A DNA stretch of 59,795 bases from an uncultured Candidatus Saccharibacteria bacterium (GTDB lineage Bacteria; Patescibacteriota; Minisyncoccia; Minisyncoccales; GWA2-38-27), in contig CAYMJA010000001.1 in assembly GCA_964391095.1 (NCBI GenBank), positions 1-59,795 on the forward strand. Reading direction: 5' to 3'. Positions 1 to 7,938 of this stretch are shown one piece after another. How positions within the stretch are numbered: the first letter of the stretch is position 1; each line of letters opens with the position of its first letter. The translations under genes were made by a program, and so were the position numbers. The notes beneath the pieces were generated by a model that saw only the letters and a list, made by a program, of their open reading frames with translations, was not told the DNA's origin and searched no databases.

Positions 1-157
1 GCTAACTAAGGCGAGTTGCTTTAATGGTCATTTCTTTGTAATCCCTACCCAGTGGATAAGGTAAGGGTGCTGTAATTTTGATGAGATAGTTCTTCATGTT
101 TTCTTGCTTTTAAGCTTTTCTAACTTGCTTGTCTTAGTGCCAACTCGACCTTTGATA

Positions 158-192
158 ATAAAAAATCGGCAGACCTATATGGGTCTGCCGAT
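158..192 (-). terminator. Rho-independent terminator after rpmG
   Basis: 11-bp perfect stem ATCGGCAGACC/GGTCTGCCGAT (165-175 / 182-192), followed on the minus strand by a T-run. Confidence 0.75.
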
Positions 193-219
193 TTAAGCTG
201 TTTTTACCGTGTTTATGTG

Positions 220-378
220 CTATTTCGTCTCTTTGTGCAGGGTATGTCGCCTGCACCATTTGCAGAATTTTTTCAATTCTAACTTCTCCTCAACTGATTC
301 TTTTGATTTGTGAGTAAAATAATTTATTCTTTTACACTCCTGGCACTGAAGTTTTACAAAAGCTTTTCTTTTTGCCAT
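220..378 (-). CDS. rpmG: 50S ribosomal protein L33 (52 aa, below ORF-track cutoff)
   Basis: Manual translation gives MAKRKAFVKLQCQECKRINYFTHKSKESVEEKLELKKFCKWCRRHTLHKETK, with two CxxC pairs (zinc-ribbon L33). A terminator follows. Confidence 0.85.
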   Translation of the reverse strand: MAKRKAFVKLQCQECKRINYFTHKSKESVEEKLELKKFCKWCRRHTLHKETK

Positions 379-381
379 ATG

Positions 382-456
382 AGCCTAGAGGCGGAGTTGC
401 ACCGCCGACCTCGTCTTTACCAAAGACGTGCTCTAACTAAACTGAGCTATCTAGGC
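382..456 (-). tRNA. tRNA-Thr (anticodon GGT)
   Basis: Cloverleaf read by hand: acceptor GCCTAGA/TCTAGGC, anticodon loop TTGGTAA, T-loop region GGTGCAACTCC. CCA is not encoded. Confidence 0.85.
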
Positions 457-1053
457 ATATTTATTTTCTGATACCATTTTAATCATCTTATCTATTTGTT
501 TTTTAAGTTTAGTATTATTGAATTCCATTATTAACACTCCCGTCATACTTTTCTTCTTGTATGTCCCTTTTCCTCTAGGTTTCAAAGAAGTAATTGAACC
601 TATTTGGCTTTTAGTAAGTTCAAGTGCTCTTGTCCAAAAGTTTATCGCTTTATTTTTATCTGCATCGTTAAATAAAAGTAAACTATATTTCAATTTTTCT
701 TGTTTAATTTCACATATCTTAATTAAAAATTCACGGAATAATCTTATAAGATTTGGGTCAGAATTACCCAACCTTACAGCAGTTTTACTATTTTTATTCC
801 CTTCTCCCCAAAAAATACCCAATCCTAAAGCCTTAAGTTCTACTTCTTTTAAGTTTAATTTCTTTTTAATTTTAAATGGATCGCCGTCAGGATTATATTT
901 AATATAGTTGGCTTCACTACGATTTCTTCTTGGGATATTATATCTATTTATCCAATAAGTTATCTGGTGATAACTCCAACTTGTCCTATCAGAAATTTCT
1001 TGCATTGACAGCCCCTTTTTATATAATTTTTCTAATTTCTTTTTTGGCAACAT
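451..1053 (-). CDS. HTH plus LAGLIDADG-like (homing-endonuclease-like) protein, 200 aa
   Basis: N-terminal HTH-like segment (LSMQEISDRTSWSYHQITYWINRYNI). A LAGLIDADG-like motif (LGLGIFWGEGNK) is followed by V.LGNSD..LI..F..FL, as in single-motif LAGLIDADG folds. The ORF sits exactly between two tRNA genes. Confidence 0.5.
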   Translation of the reverse strand: MLPKKKLEKLYKKGLSMQEISDRTSWSYHQITYWINRYNIPRRNRSEANYIKYNPDGDPFKIKKKLNLKEVELKALGLGIFWGEGNKNSKTAVRLGNSDPNLIRLFREFLIKICEIKQEKLKYSLLLFNDADKNKAINFWTRALELTKSQIGSITSLKPRGKGTYKKKSMTGVLIMEFNNTKLKKQIDKMIKMVSENKYA

Positions 1054-1138
1054 TGGGTGCGGTCGGAGTCGAACCGACGGGGCCTAAATAGACGACTGTT
1101 TTACAGACAGATCCCACCCCCTATGGGACTACGCACCC
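1054..1138 (-). tRNA. tRNA-Tyr (anticodon GTA), long variable arm
   Basis: Acceptor GGGTGCG/CGCACCC, anticodon loop CTGTAAA, long variable arm, T-arm GTCGG-TTCGACT-CCGAC. Confidence 0.85.
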
Positions 1139-1197
1139 TCTAATTGTTTACCTATCTCATACCACAAAAATTATTATTTTTCAATCCTTCGATGAAC

Positions 1198-1872
1198 TCA
1201 GGACGAGATGATTGTTCGGTGTTTTTTCCGCCACTCTTCAATTTTTTTATGGTTGCCGGATAATAAAACTTTTGGAACCTTCCAGTTCGTTCTCATTCTC
1301 GGAGAAAATATTTCCGGCCTTGTGTACTGAGGATATTCAATAAAACCTCTTTGCTTGGTGATTCTCTCTTTTAGAAGTTGGGGTTTCCCTAAAACGCCGG
1401 GAATTAATCTTGCCATTGTTTCCATCACTACCATAGCCGGCAATTCCCCACCCATAAGAACATAGTTCCCTATTGATAATTCAATATCAGCAATATATTT
1501 TGCTACTCTTTCATCCACCCCTTCATATCTGCCGCAAATTAAAATCATTTGATCTAATTTGCTGAATTGATAAGCCATTTTTTGATTGAACTTTCTGCCG
1601 CGAGGAGTAAATAAAATAACTTTAGTTTTTCTTTTTTTCCCTTTTTGAAGATCGCTTACGGCTTTGAAGATTGGCTCTATTTTCATAACCATCCCGAGTC
1701 CCCCGCCGAAAGGGCGATCATCAACGGTTTTATGTTTATCAGAAGTCCAATTTCTTAAACTGTGAATGTTGACTTTTATTAATTTTTTTTTCTGAGCACG
1801 GGCAATTAAGCTCTCAGATAAATAAGAATTAAAAATCTCAGGGAAAATTGTAATGATATCAAATTTTATCAT
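1198..1872 (-). CDS. trmD: tRNA (guanine37-N1)-methyltransferase TrmD
   Basis: MIKFDIITIFPE...DDRPFGGGLGMVMK, typical TrmD SPOUT motifs. Confidence 0.95.
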   Translation of the reverse strand: MIKFDIITIFPEIFNSYLSESLIARAQKKKLIKVNIHSLRNWTSDKHKTVDDRPFGGGLGMVMKIEPIFKAVSDLQKGKKRKTKVILFTPRGRKFNQKMAYQFSKLDQMILICGRYEGVDERVAKYIADIELSIGNYVLMGGELPAMVVMETMARLIPGVLGKPQLLKERITKQRGFIEYPQYTRPEIFSPRMRTNWKVPKVLLSGNHKKIEEWRKKHRTIISS

Positions 1873-1966
1873 GAAACTTAAGTCTGTTGGGCAAATAAAT
1901 GAAAACAGCGCTATTGATGAATAATAGCACTGTTTTCTGTTAACGTAAACGCAGTTTTGAACGCGC

Positions 1967-2299
1967 TTAAATCTTCAAATCTTCTAAACTCTCTTCAGGT
2001 GAAACTTTTTTTCCTTGAGCAGGTTTTCTACCGCCTTCTGGCTCTTCAATCTTCAAGTTCACTCTGGCATGGTTTTTAAGGCCAACAATTCGAACTAAAG
2101 ACCTAATAGCTCTGGCAGTAGAACCTTCTCGACCAATAATTTGTCCCATATCTTCTGGATTTACTTTCAAAGAAAGTAAAACCCCCATCTCGTCAACTGT
2201 TCTGTCAATTTTGACATCTTCAGGATTATCAACTAAGGCCTTAACAATATACTCAAGCAATTCCTTGTCATTAGTTTCTTTTGCCATAAAATCTTGCAA
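1967..2299 (-). CDS. KH-domain RNA-binding protein (YlqC/UPF0109-like)
   Basis: Has the IIGREGSTARAIRSLV GxxG KH motif and lies in the conserved rpsP-KH-trmD context. Confidence 0.85.
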   Translation of the reverse strand: MQDFMAKETNDKELLEYIVKALVDNPEDVKIDRTVDEMGVLLSLKVNPEDMGQIIGREGSTARAIRSLVRIVGLKNHARVNLKIEEPEGGRKPAQGKKVSPEESLEDLKI

Positions 2300-2323
2300 G
2301 TTAATTTTCTTAAATCTTTTTGA

Positions 2324-2441
2324 ACAGTAGCCCGACCTTTTCTCTCGCTCTGATTCTCTATCAATCAGAGAACTGGTTTACCCTGCACCTTTTTCCAGAA
2401 AAGGTGAAGAGTTTATTCAGCGAGTCCAAACAGCTACTATC
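2324..2441 (-). ncRNA. Unclassified structured RNA or long structured leader between rpsP and the KH gene
   Basis: A near-consensus promoter lies immediately upstream. A terminal helix (AGTAGC/GCTACT, CTCGCT/AGCGAG) encloses two 8-bp hairpins (2348-2370 and 2386-2406). Confidence 0.4.
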
Positions 2442-2444
2442 CAT

Positions 2445-2472
2445 ATTATATTCTAATTAAAAAATATGTCAA
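2445..2472 (-). promoter_or_regulatory. Sigma70-like promoter (TTGACA-16-TATAAT)
   Basis: Minus strand reads GGGGTTGACAtattttttaattagaaTATAAT, starting 5 nt after the rpsP stop. Confidence 0.6.
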
Positions 2473-2477
2473 CCCCT

Positions 2478-2942
2478 TTAAGATTCTTCTTTGGTCTTTT
2501 GGGTTTTATCTTCTTTAGGTTCTTGCTTTTCTTTTTTCTTCTCTTCGGAGGATTGTTCTTTCTTTTCTTCTGATTTTTTAATCTCTTTTTCGGGTTCTGA
2601 TTTTAGCCCTTCACCTTTAGCTAAAGGTGAAGGGCTTACCTTTTCTTTGGTCTCTACTTTCTCTTTTTTCTTCTTTTTCTTTTTGTGGACCGGAATTTTT
2701 GCTCCTTCTAAAATCTTTTCTCGAACCAGCAGATTATAAACGCTATCTGATGGTTTAGCTCCTTTCGAGAGCCAATATTCAATCCTCTCTTTTTTCAAAA
2801 CTTTTTTCTTTTTTAAAGGATTCCAAAATCCAACCTCTTCCACAAAACGACCGCCTTTCGGGGGTTTCCTTTTATCTGTGACCACAATTTTAAATAAAGG
2901 TTGATGTTTTTTACCTACTCGAAAAAAACGAATTTTTAACAT
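2478..2942 (-). CDS. rpsP: 30S ribosomal protein S16 with about 70-aa Lys/Glu-rich C-terminal extension
   Basis: MLKIRFFRVGKKHQPLFKIVV is an S16 N-terminus. The tail is K/E-rich and contains a 32-nt perfect palindrome. Confidence 0.95.
   Translation of the reverse strand: MLKIRFFRVGKKHQPLFKIVVTDKRKPPKGGRFVEEVGFWNPLKKKKVLKKERIEYWLSKGAKPSDSVYNLLVREKILEGAKIPVHKKKKKKKEKVETKEKVSPSPLAKGEGLKSEPEKEIKKSEEKKEQSSEEKKKEKQEPKEDKTQKTKEES
2605..2636. repeat. CCCTTCACC-family palindrome (perfect 16+16 nt) inside the rpsP tail
   Basis: AGCCCTTCACCTTTAG|CTAAAGGTGAAGGGCT, encoding SPSPLAKGEGL. Confidence 0.9.
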
Positions 2943-2982
2943 ACATTTTATTAAACTGTTAAAGCAAGGAAATTTGTTTTTA

Positions 2983-3012
2983 GGAGTACCGCAGGCAAAA
3001 TTGCTTGGCTAC
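2983..3012. repeat. Partial copy of the rplF-rpsH GC-rich element
   Basis: GGAGTACCGCAGGCAAAATTGCTTGGCTA matches GGAGTACCGCAGGCAAGTTAGCTTGGTTA at 59076-59104. Confidence 0.75.
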
Positions 3013-3698
3013 CAGCCCTTTACTTTTAATGCCTCTTTTGCTGCTTTTTCTTCTGCTTCTTGTTTTGAAAACTCCTCGCCTTTCGCTACTAAATCTTTAC
3101 CAAGAAAAACACCCACAATAAAGTGTTTGGCATGATCCGGTCCCCATTCTTTTAAAACATTATAAGTAGGAGTAATCCCTGCTCTTTCCTGGGCCTTTTC
3201 TTGAAAATGCGATTTAGCATCTTTAAAAAGACCATTTTTAATAATATAAGGTAATTCTTTGAGCAGATGCTTTTTAATAAAATCTTTACAAGAATTTAGT
3301 CCCTGGTCAAGATACAGGCTTCCAATAAAGGCCTCGAAAGCATCAGCTAAAATATATTGCCGCGCCTTACCTGTTTCTTGTAATTCTCCCTGAGAAAGCA
3401 AAATAAAATTATTAAAACTTAAATTTTGAGCAATTCTTGCCAATATTTTAGAATTTACTAATGCCGCTCGCCAACTGGTCAACACTCCTTCTGATTTTTC
3501 TGGGTAATTCAAAAACAGATACTCTGTAACTACATGTTCTAATACTGCATCTCCTAAAAATTCTAATCTTTCATTATGAGAAAGTTTAAAATCAGGATTT
3601 TCGTTTAAAAAAGAACGATGAACAAAGGCCTGAGTAAGCAGATCTTTATTTTTAAATTTTAAATTCAGCTTTTTCTCAAGCAAAGAAAGATTCTTCAT
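3009..3698 (-). CDS. rnc: Ribonuclease III
   Basis: Has the NERLEFLGDAVL RNase III signature and a C-terminal dsRBD. Confidence 0.95.
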   Translation of the reverse strand: MKNLSLLEKKLNLKFKNKDLLTQAFVHRSFLNENPDFKLSHNERLEFLGDAVLEHVVTEYLFLNYPEKSEGVLTSWRAALVNSKILARIAQNLSFNNFILLSQGELQETGKARQYILADAFEAFIGSLYLDQGLNSCKDFIKKHLLKELPYIIKNGLFKDAKSHFQEKAQERAGITPTYNVLKEWGPDHAKHFIVGVFLGKDLVAKGEEFSKQEAEEKAAKEALKVKGW

Positions 3699-3702
3699 TT
3701 TT

Positions 3703-3776
3703 CTAATTCAAGATCATATGATAAATTCCTTAGCGAATCAAGGTTCTGACGAGCATCAACGAGTCAGGTTCTTATT
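3703..3776 (-). repeat. Intercistronic repeat (copy A), homologous to 35960-36046
   Basis: The two copies share CCTTAGCGAATCAAGGTTCTGACGA...GGTTCTTA and TAATTCAAGAT. Confidence 0.8.
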
Positions 3777-4186
3777 TCTTTGTAAACTGTTCCTAATACT
3801 CCGTTAATGAATTTTCCAGAACTTTCCCCTCCAAAAGTTTTAGCCAACTCAATTGCTTCATTCATAGCTACCTTGGGAGGAACTTCTTCTTTATCTGCAT
3901 ATAAAAGTTCGTATAACCCTAATCTCAAAATATTTCTATCAACAATAGTTATCTGGTCTATCGGCCATTCAGGAGCTGCTTTCTCAATAATTTTATCAAG
4001 ACCAGAACGTTTGGAAACAATACCATTAATTAACTGCCAAATAAAAGTTTCATCCTCGAGCCCCGGCCCAAATTCTTTAATATTCTTTTTAACAATTCTT
4101 TCTAAACTCTCTGGTTTTTTCCCAAAAAAATCCCATTCATACAAACTCTGTAGAACTATGCTTCTTGAAAGGTGTCTTGATGCCAT
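3764..4186 (-). CDS. nusB: Transcription antitermination factor NusB
   Basis: [17 protein letters not shown]...INGVLG is NusB-like. Confidence 0.9.
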   Translation of the reverse strand: MASRHLSRSIVLQSLYEWDFFGKKPESLERIVKKNIKEFGPGLEDETFIWQLINGIVSKRSGLDKIIEKAAPEWPIDQITIVDRNILRLGLYELLYADKEEVPPKVAMNEAIELAKTFGGESSGKFINGVLGTVYKEIRT

Positions 4187-4191
4187 AACAT

Positions 4192-4488
4192 TTACTTCTT
4201 GGATAATTCTTCCATGCTTAATGGTTTGCCTGATGGCTTAGCCCTTGTTTCTTCCCTACCCTTGGCTGCTATTTCTTTCTCTCTCCGTTTTTTTTCTTTC
4301 TTGGTTAATTTTTTCAAAACATCAATGACTTCTTCTTTTTTATAATATCCGCAGTTCCAGCAGACGGTATGAGGACGAACCTTTTTACCGCACTTTGGAC
4401 AGATACCTAAAACAGGCTGCTCTAAATAAATATGCATCCTTCTATTATCTCTCCTTGATTTTGTTTTTCTCTGTTTTGGTACCGCCAT
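4192..4488 (-). CDS. rpmF: 50S ribosomal protein L32 with Lys-rich C-terminal extension
   Basis: [17 protein letters not shown] plus CPKCG...CWNCG zinc ribbon. Confidence 0.9.
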   Translation of the reverse strand: MAVPKQRKTKSRRDNRRMHIYLEQPVLGICPKCGKKVRPHTVCWNCGYYKKEEVIDVLKKLTKKEKKRREKEIAAKGREETRAKPSGKPLSMEELSKK

Positions 4489-4498
4489 ACTTTGTTAC

Positions 4499-4527
4499 AA
4501 TATACATTGTTGCTTAAAAAAAATCAA
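4499..4527 (-). promoter_or_regulatory. Sigma70-like promoter for rpmF operon (GGGTTGATT-17-TATATT)
   Basis: Minus strand reads cagGGTTGATTttttttaagcaacaatgTATATT, about 11 nt before the rpmF ATG. Confidence 0.55.
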
Positions 4528-4620
4528 CCCTGCCAGAGATTTGTGGGCTTTATACTTTATTCTTGCTTTCAAATCTCTAACGGAGTAAAATGATTTAATC
4601 AATAGACCTAAGAAAATTCT

Positions 4621-7600
4621 ATGAAGTTTACCCACCTCCATGCCCATAGCCATTATAGCCTACTTGACGGTTTACCTAAAATCGATGAACTTTTAGATTA
4701 TACTAAAGAATTAGGAATGGACTCCTTAGCTTTAACCGACCACGGGGTTTTATATGGAGCAGTAGAGTTCTTTCAAAAAGCCAAGAAAAAAGGAATTAAG
4801 CCAATAATAGGGGTGGAAGCATATGTTGCTTTTGAGAAGATGACCCAGAAAAGACCAAATATAGATAATAAAAGATATCATTTGGTTCTGCTGGTAAAAA
4901 ACGAAGAGGGCTATAAAAATTTAGTCAAACTTATAACTAAAGCCCATTTAGAGGGTTTTTATTATAAGCCGAGAATAGACGAAAAACTTTTGGCAAAACA
5001 TTCTAAGGGTCTAATTGCTTTAACCGCTTGTTTGGCAGGAAAAATTCCTCGTTTAATTTTGGCGAAAAAATTTGAAGAAGCCGAAAATACGGCTCTAAAA
5101 TACCAAAATATTTTTGGTAAAGATAACTTTTATTTAGAACTTCAACATCATCCTCATATAGCGAAGCAAAAAATTGTTAACAAAGCACTAATCTCTATCT
5201 CAAAAAAATACGGCATTCCTTTGGTAGCAACAAATGATGTTCACTATCTAAAGCCAGAAGATGCCGAAGCTCAGGATACTTTGATGTTAATTAACACTGG
5301 AGCTGACCCCAATGACCCAGAAAGGGTAACTATGAAAGCAGATGATTTTTCTCTAAAAACTCCAAAAGAAATGATAGAAGATTTCAAAGAAGTTCCTGAA
5401 GCTATTGAGAATACACAAAAAATTGCCAATGCCTGCGATTTTCAATTTGAACTGGGGAAAGTCAAGCTACCCTATTTTGAAGTGCCTAATGGAAAAACCC
5501 CGAATGAATACTTAGAAGAACTTTGCTGCCAGGGATTAAAAAATCGATACGGCTCAAATCCCAGCAAAGAGATTATAGACAGATTTAATTACGAGCTTTC
5601 GGTTGTTAAACAAACTGGCTTTGCTTCTTATTTTTTAATAGTTCAAGATTTTGTTAATTGGGCTAAAGAAAACAGAATTATTGTCGGTCCAGGTCGAGGA
5701 TCAGTTGGAGGCTCTTTGGTAGCTTACTTATTAAACATTACAAACATCGACCCCTTAAAGCATAATCTCTTATTTCAGCGTTTTCTGAATCCCGAACGAA
5801 TCTCAATGCCTGACATTGACCTCGATTTTACCGACCGAAGAAGAGATGAGGTTATAGATTACATCGCCCAAAAGTATGGACGGGATAAAGTGGCTCAAAT
5901 TATTACTTTCGGAACAATGGCGGCCCGAGCAGTAATAAGAGATGTTGGCAGGGCTTCAAATTATACTTATAGTTACTGCGATAAAATCGCTAAAATGATC
6001 CCTTCTGGATTTAATTTAAATAGGGCTTTAAAAAACATTAAAGAGTTTAGGGATATTTATGAAACCGATGAACAGGCGAAAAAATTGATTGACTTAGCAA
6101 AAAAATTGGAAGGCGTAGCCCGCCACGCTTCAACTCACGCCTGCGGTATAGTAATATCTGAACAGCCCCTCTCAAACTTAATTCCCCTACAACATCCTAC
6201 TCAAAATGATAAAAATATCATTACCCAATACGAGATGCATTCAATTGAAAACCTGGGACTTTTAAAAATAGACCTTTTGGGCCTAAAAAATTTAACTGTT
6301 ATTGAAGACACTCTATCTAGAATTTATGTAGTTCGGGAAGGGAAAAAGGTTAACATTGAAAATATCCCTTTTGATGATAAAAGGGTTTATAAACTCTTAC
6401 AAAGGGGCGATACCACCGGTGTATTCCAACTGGAATCATCGGGTTTCCAAAGATATTTAAAGCAACTAAAACCCACTGAATTTGAAGATATTGTGGCTAT
6501 GGTTGCTCTTTATAGGCCGGGTCCAATACAGTTTATTCCAGATTACATTGACAGAAAACATAAAAGAAGAAAAATAGAATATTTACATCCAAAACTAAAA
6601 CCAATATTAGAAAAAACCCAAGGGATTTGTATTTTCCAGGAACAGTTGATGCAAATTGCTCAGCAATTAGCCGGTTTTACTCTTTCAGAGGCAGATGTTT
6701 TAAGAAAAGCAGTTGGAAAAAAAATAAAGAGTCTACTTTTAGAGCAAAAAGATAAAATGATGCAGGGGATGTTAAAAAACGGAATAAATAAAGAAGTCGC
6801 TCAAAAAATCTGGGAGTGGGTTTTGCCATTCGCTAAGTATGGCTTTAACCGCGCTCATTCAACTGCCTACGCTATTATTGCCTATCAAACTGCCTATCTA
6901 AAAGTTCACTATCCAGTAGAATTTATGGCTGCTCTTCTAACTTCTGAGAGGGCCGATATTGAAAGAATTGCTGTTTTAATTGAAGAATGCAAAAAAATGG
7001 GAATTGAAGTTCTTCCTCCAAATATCAACGAGAGTTTAAAAAACTTCACCGTTGTTCTTTCCCCCACCCCAATTTTGTCAAAGGTCCTTGATGGCAAGGC
7101 GATCGGGACCATTTTTCCTCGAAAAATGACGGGAAGCAAAATAAGATTCGGACTCTTGGCTATAAAAAATGTCGGCCAGAATATCATTGATGTTATTATT
7201 GAAGAAAGAAAAAATAACGGTTCTTTTCAAAGCATTGGAGATTTCCTTCAGAGGGTTAACTCAAAAGACCTAAACAAAAAATCTCTGGAAAGCTTAATTA
7301 GGACTGGGGCTTTCGATGGCTTAGCAGAAAGAAATCAACTTTTAGACAACTTAGAAAGGCTGCTTGAATGGGCACGAGAAACTCAAAAAGCAAAAATGAA
7401 TGGACAAAAAGGACTTTTTGATGATAATCCAAAATCTAACAAGAATGAAATCTCTCTCCTTCCTGCTCCTCCGGCTACAAATTTTGAAAAGTTAAATTGG
7501 GAAAAAGAACTTTTAGGTCTTTATGTAACCTCCCATCCTTTGGAGGAGTTCAAGGAAATTTTAGAAAAGAAAACTTTATCTCTAGTTAATATTAACAATG

Positions 7601-7866
7601 CTTTAATAAATAGTAGAATTAGAGTCGGCGGGATTATTTCTGGAATTAAAAAAATTATTACCAGAACTGGAAAACCAATGCTTTTTCTAAAATTAGACGA
7701 CCTAACAGATAAGACCGAAGTTGTTGTCTTTCCTGGAATAATAGAAAAAAATCCTGCGGTTTTCCAAGAAAATAAAATTGTTCTTATTGCAGGAAGAGTT
7801 GATAATCGAGACGGAAGTCCAAAAATAATAGCCGAACAAGTTGAAGAACTTATAAACACTTCTTGA
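4621..7866 (+). CDS. dnaE: DNA polymerase III alpha subunit
   Basis: PHP domain (HLHAHSHYSLLDG), palm and fingers, OB fold; 1081 aa. Confidence 0.97.
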   Translation: MKFTHLHAHSHYSLLDGLPKIDELLDYTKELGMDSLALTDHGVLYGAVEFFQKAKKKGIKPIIGVEAYVAFEKMTQKRPNIDNKRYHLVLLVKNEEGYKNLVKLITKAHLEGFYYKPRIDEKLLAKHSKGLIALTACLAGKIPRLILAKKFEEAENTALKYQNIFGKDNFYLELQHHPHIAKQKIVNKALISISKKYGIPLVATNDVHYLKPEDAEAQDTLMLINTGADPNDPERVTMKADDFSLKTPKEMIEDFKEVPEAIENTQKIANACDFQFELGKVKLPYFEVPNGKTPNEYLEELCCQGLKNRYGSNPSKEIIDRFNYELSVVKQTGFASYFLIVQDFVNWAKENRIIVGPGRGSVGGSLVAYLLNITNIDPLKHNLLFQRFLNPERISMPDIDLDFTDRRRDEVIDYIAQKYGRDKVAQIITFGTMAARAVIRDVGRASNYTYSYCDKIAKMIPSGFNLNRALKNIKEFRDIYETDEQAKKLIDLAKKLEGVARHASTHACGIVISEQPLSNLIPLQHPTQNDKNIITQYEMHSIENLGLLKIDLLGLKNLTVIEDTLSRIYVVREGKKVNIENIPFDDKRVYKLLQRGDTTGVFQLESSGFQRYLKQLKPTEFEDIVAMVALYRPGPIQFIPDYIDRKHKRRKIEYLHPKLKPILEKTQGICIFQEQLMQIAQQLAGFTLSEADVLRKAVGKKIKSLLLEQKDKMMQGMLKNGINKEVAQKIWEWVLPFAKYGFNRAHSTAYAIIAYQTAYLKVHYPVEFMAALLTSERADIERIAVLIEECKKMGIEVLPPNINESLKNFTVVLSPTPILSKVLDGKAIGTIFPRKMTGSKIRFGLLAIKNVGQNIIDVIIEERKNNGSFQSIGDFLQRVNSKDLNKKSLESLIRTGAFDGLAERNQLLDNLERLLEWARETQKAKMNGQKGLFDDNPKSNKNEISLLPAPPATNFEKLNWEKELLGLYVTSHPLEEFKEILEKKTLSLVNINNALINSRIRVGGIISGIKKIITRTGKPMLFLKLDDLTDKTEVVVFPGIIEKNPAVFQENKIVLIAGRVDNRDGSPKIIAEQVEELINTS

Positions 7867-7938
7867 TGATAAAAGGAGCTAAGCTCCTTAGGGTAACTTA
7901 TCGAAAAATTAAAATGAAAAAAATTAATTAAATGAATT

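Noticed and set aside
2-97. 31-aa minus-strand ORF (MKNYLIKITAPLPYPLGRDYKEMTIKATRLS) at the window edge
   Set aside because: It is too short, has no recognisable family and no clear RBS, and its stop lies at the very edge of the window. Not enough evidence to call.
518-907. Antisense or shadow ORFs in the six-frame track (for example 518-907, 2491-2739, 3807-4241, 6909-7187, 7521-7859, 14135-15148 set, 23146-23361, 28901-29248, 33409-33660, 43685-44211, 45351-45698, 50068-50313, 53934-54185)
   Set aside because: Each lies entirely opposite a well-supported conserved gene. They have low-complexity F/L/S-rich translations typical of the reverse strand of K/E-rich genes, and no RBS.
2324-2441. 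Possibility that the structured RNA next to rpsP is SRP (4.5S) RNA or 6S RNA
   Set aside because: It lacks the conserved SRP domain IV motifs (GGAA tetraloop with AGCA/GNAR-flanked symmetric loop). It is also too short for 6S. It is kept only as an unclassified structured RNA.
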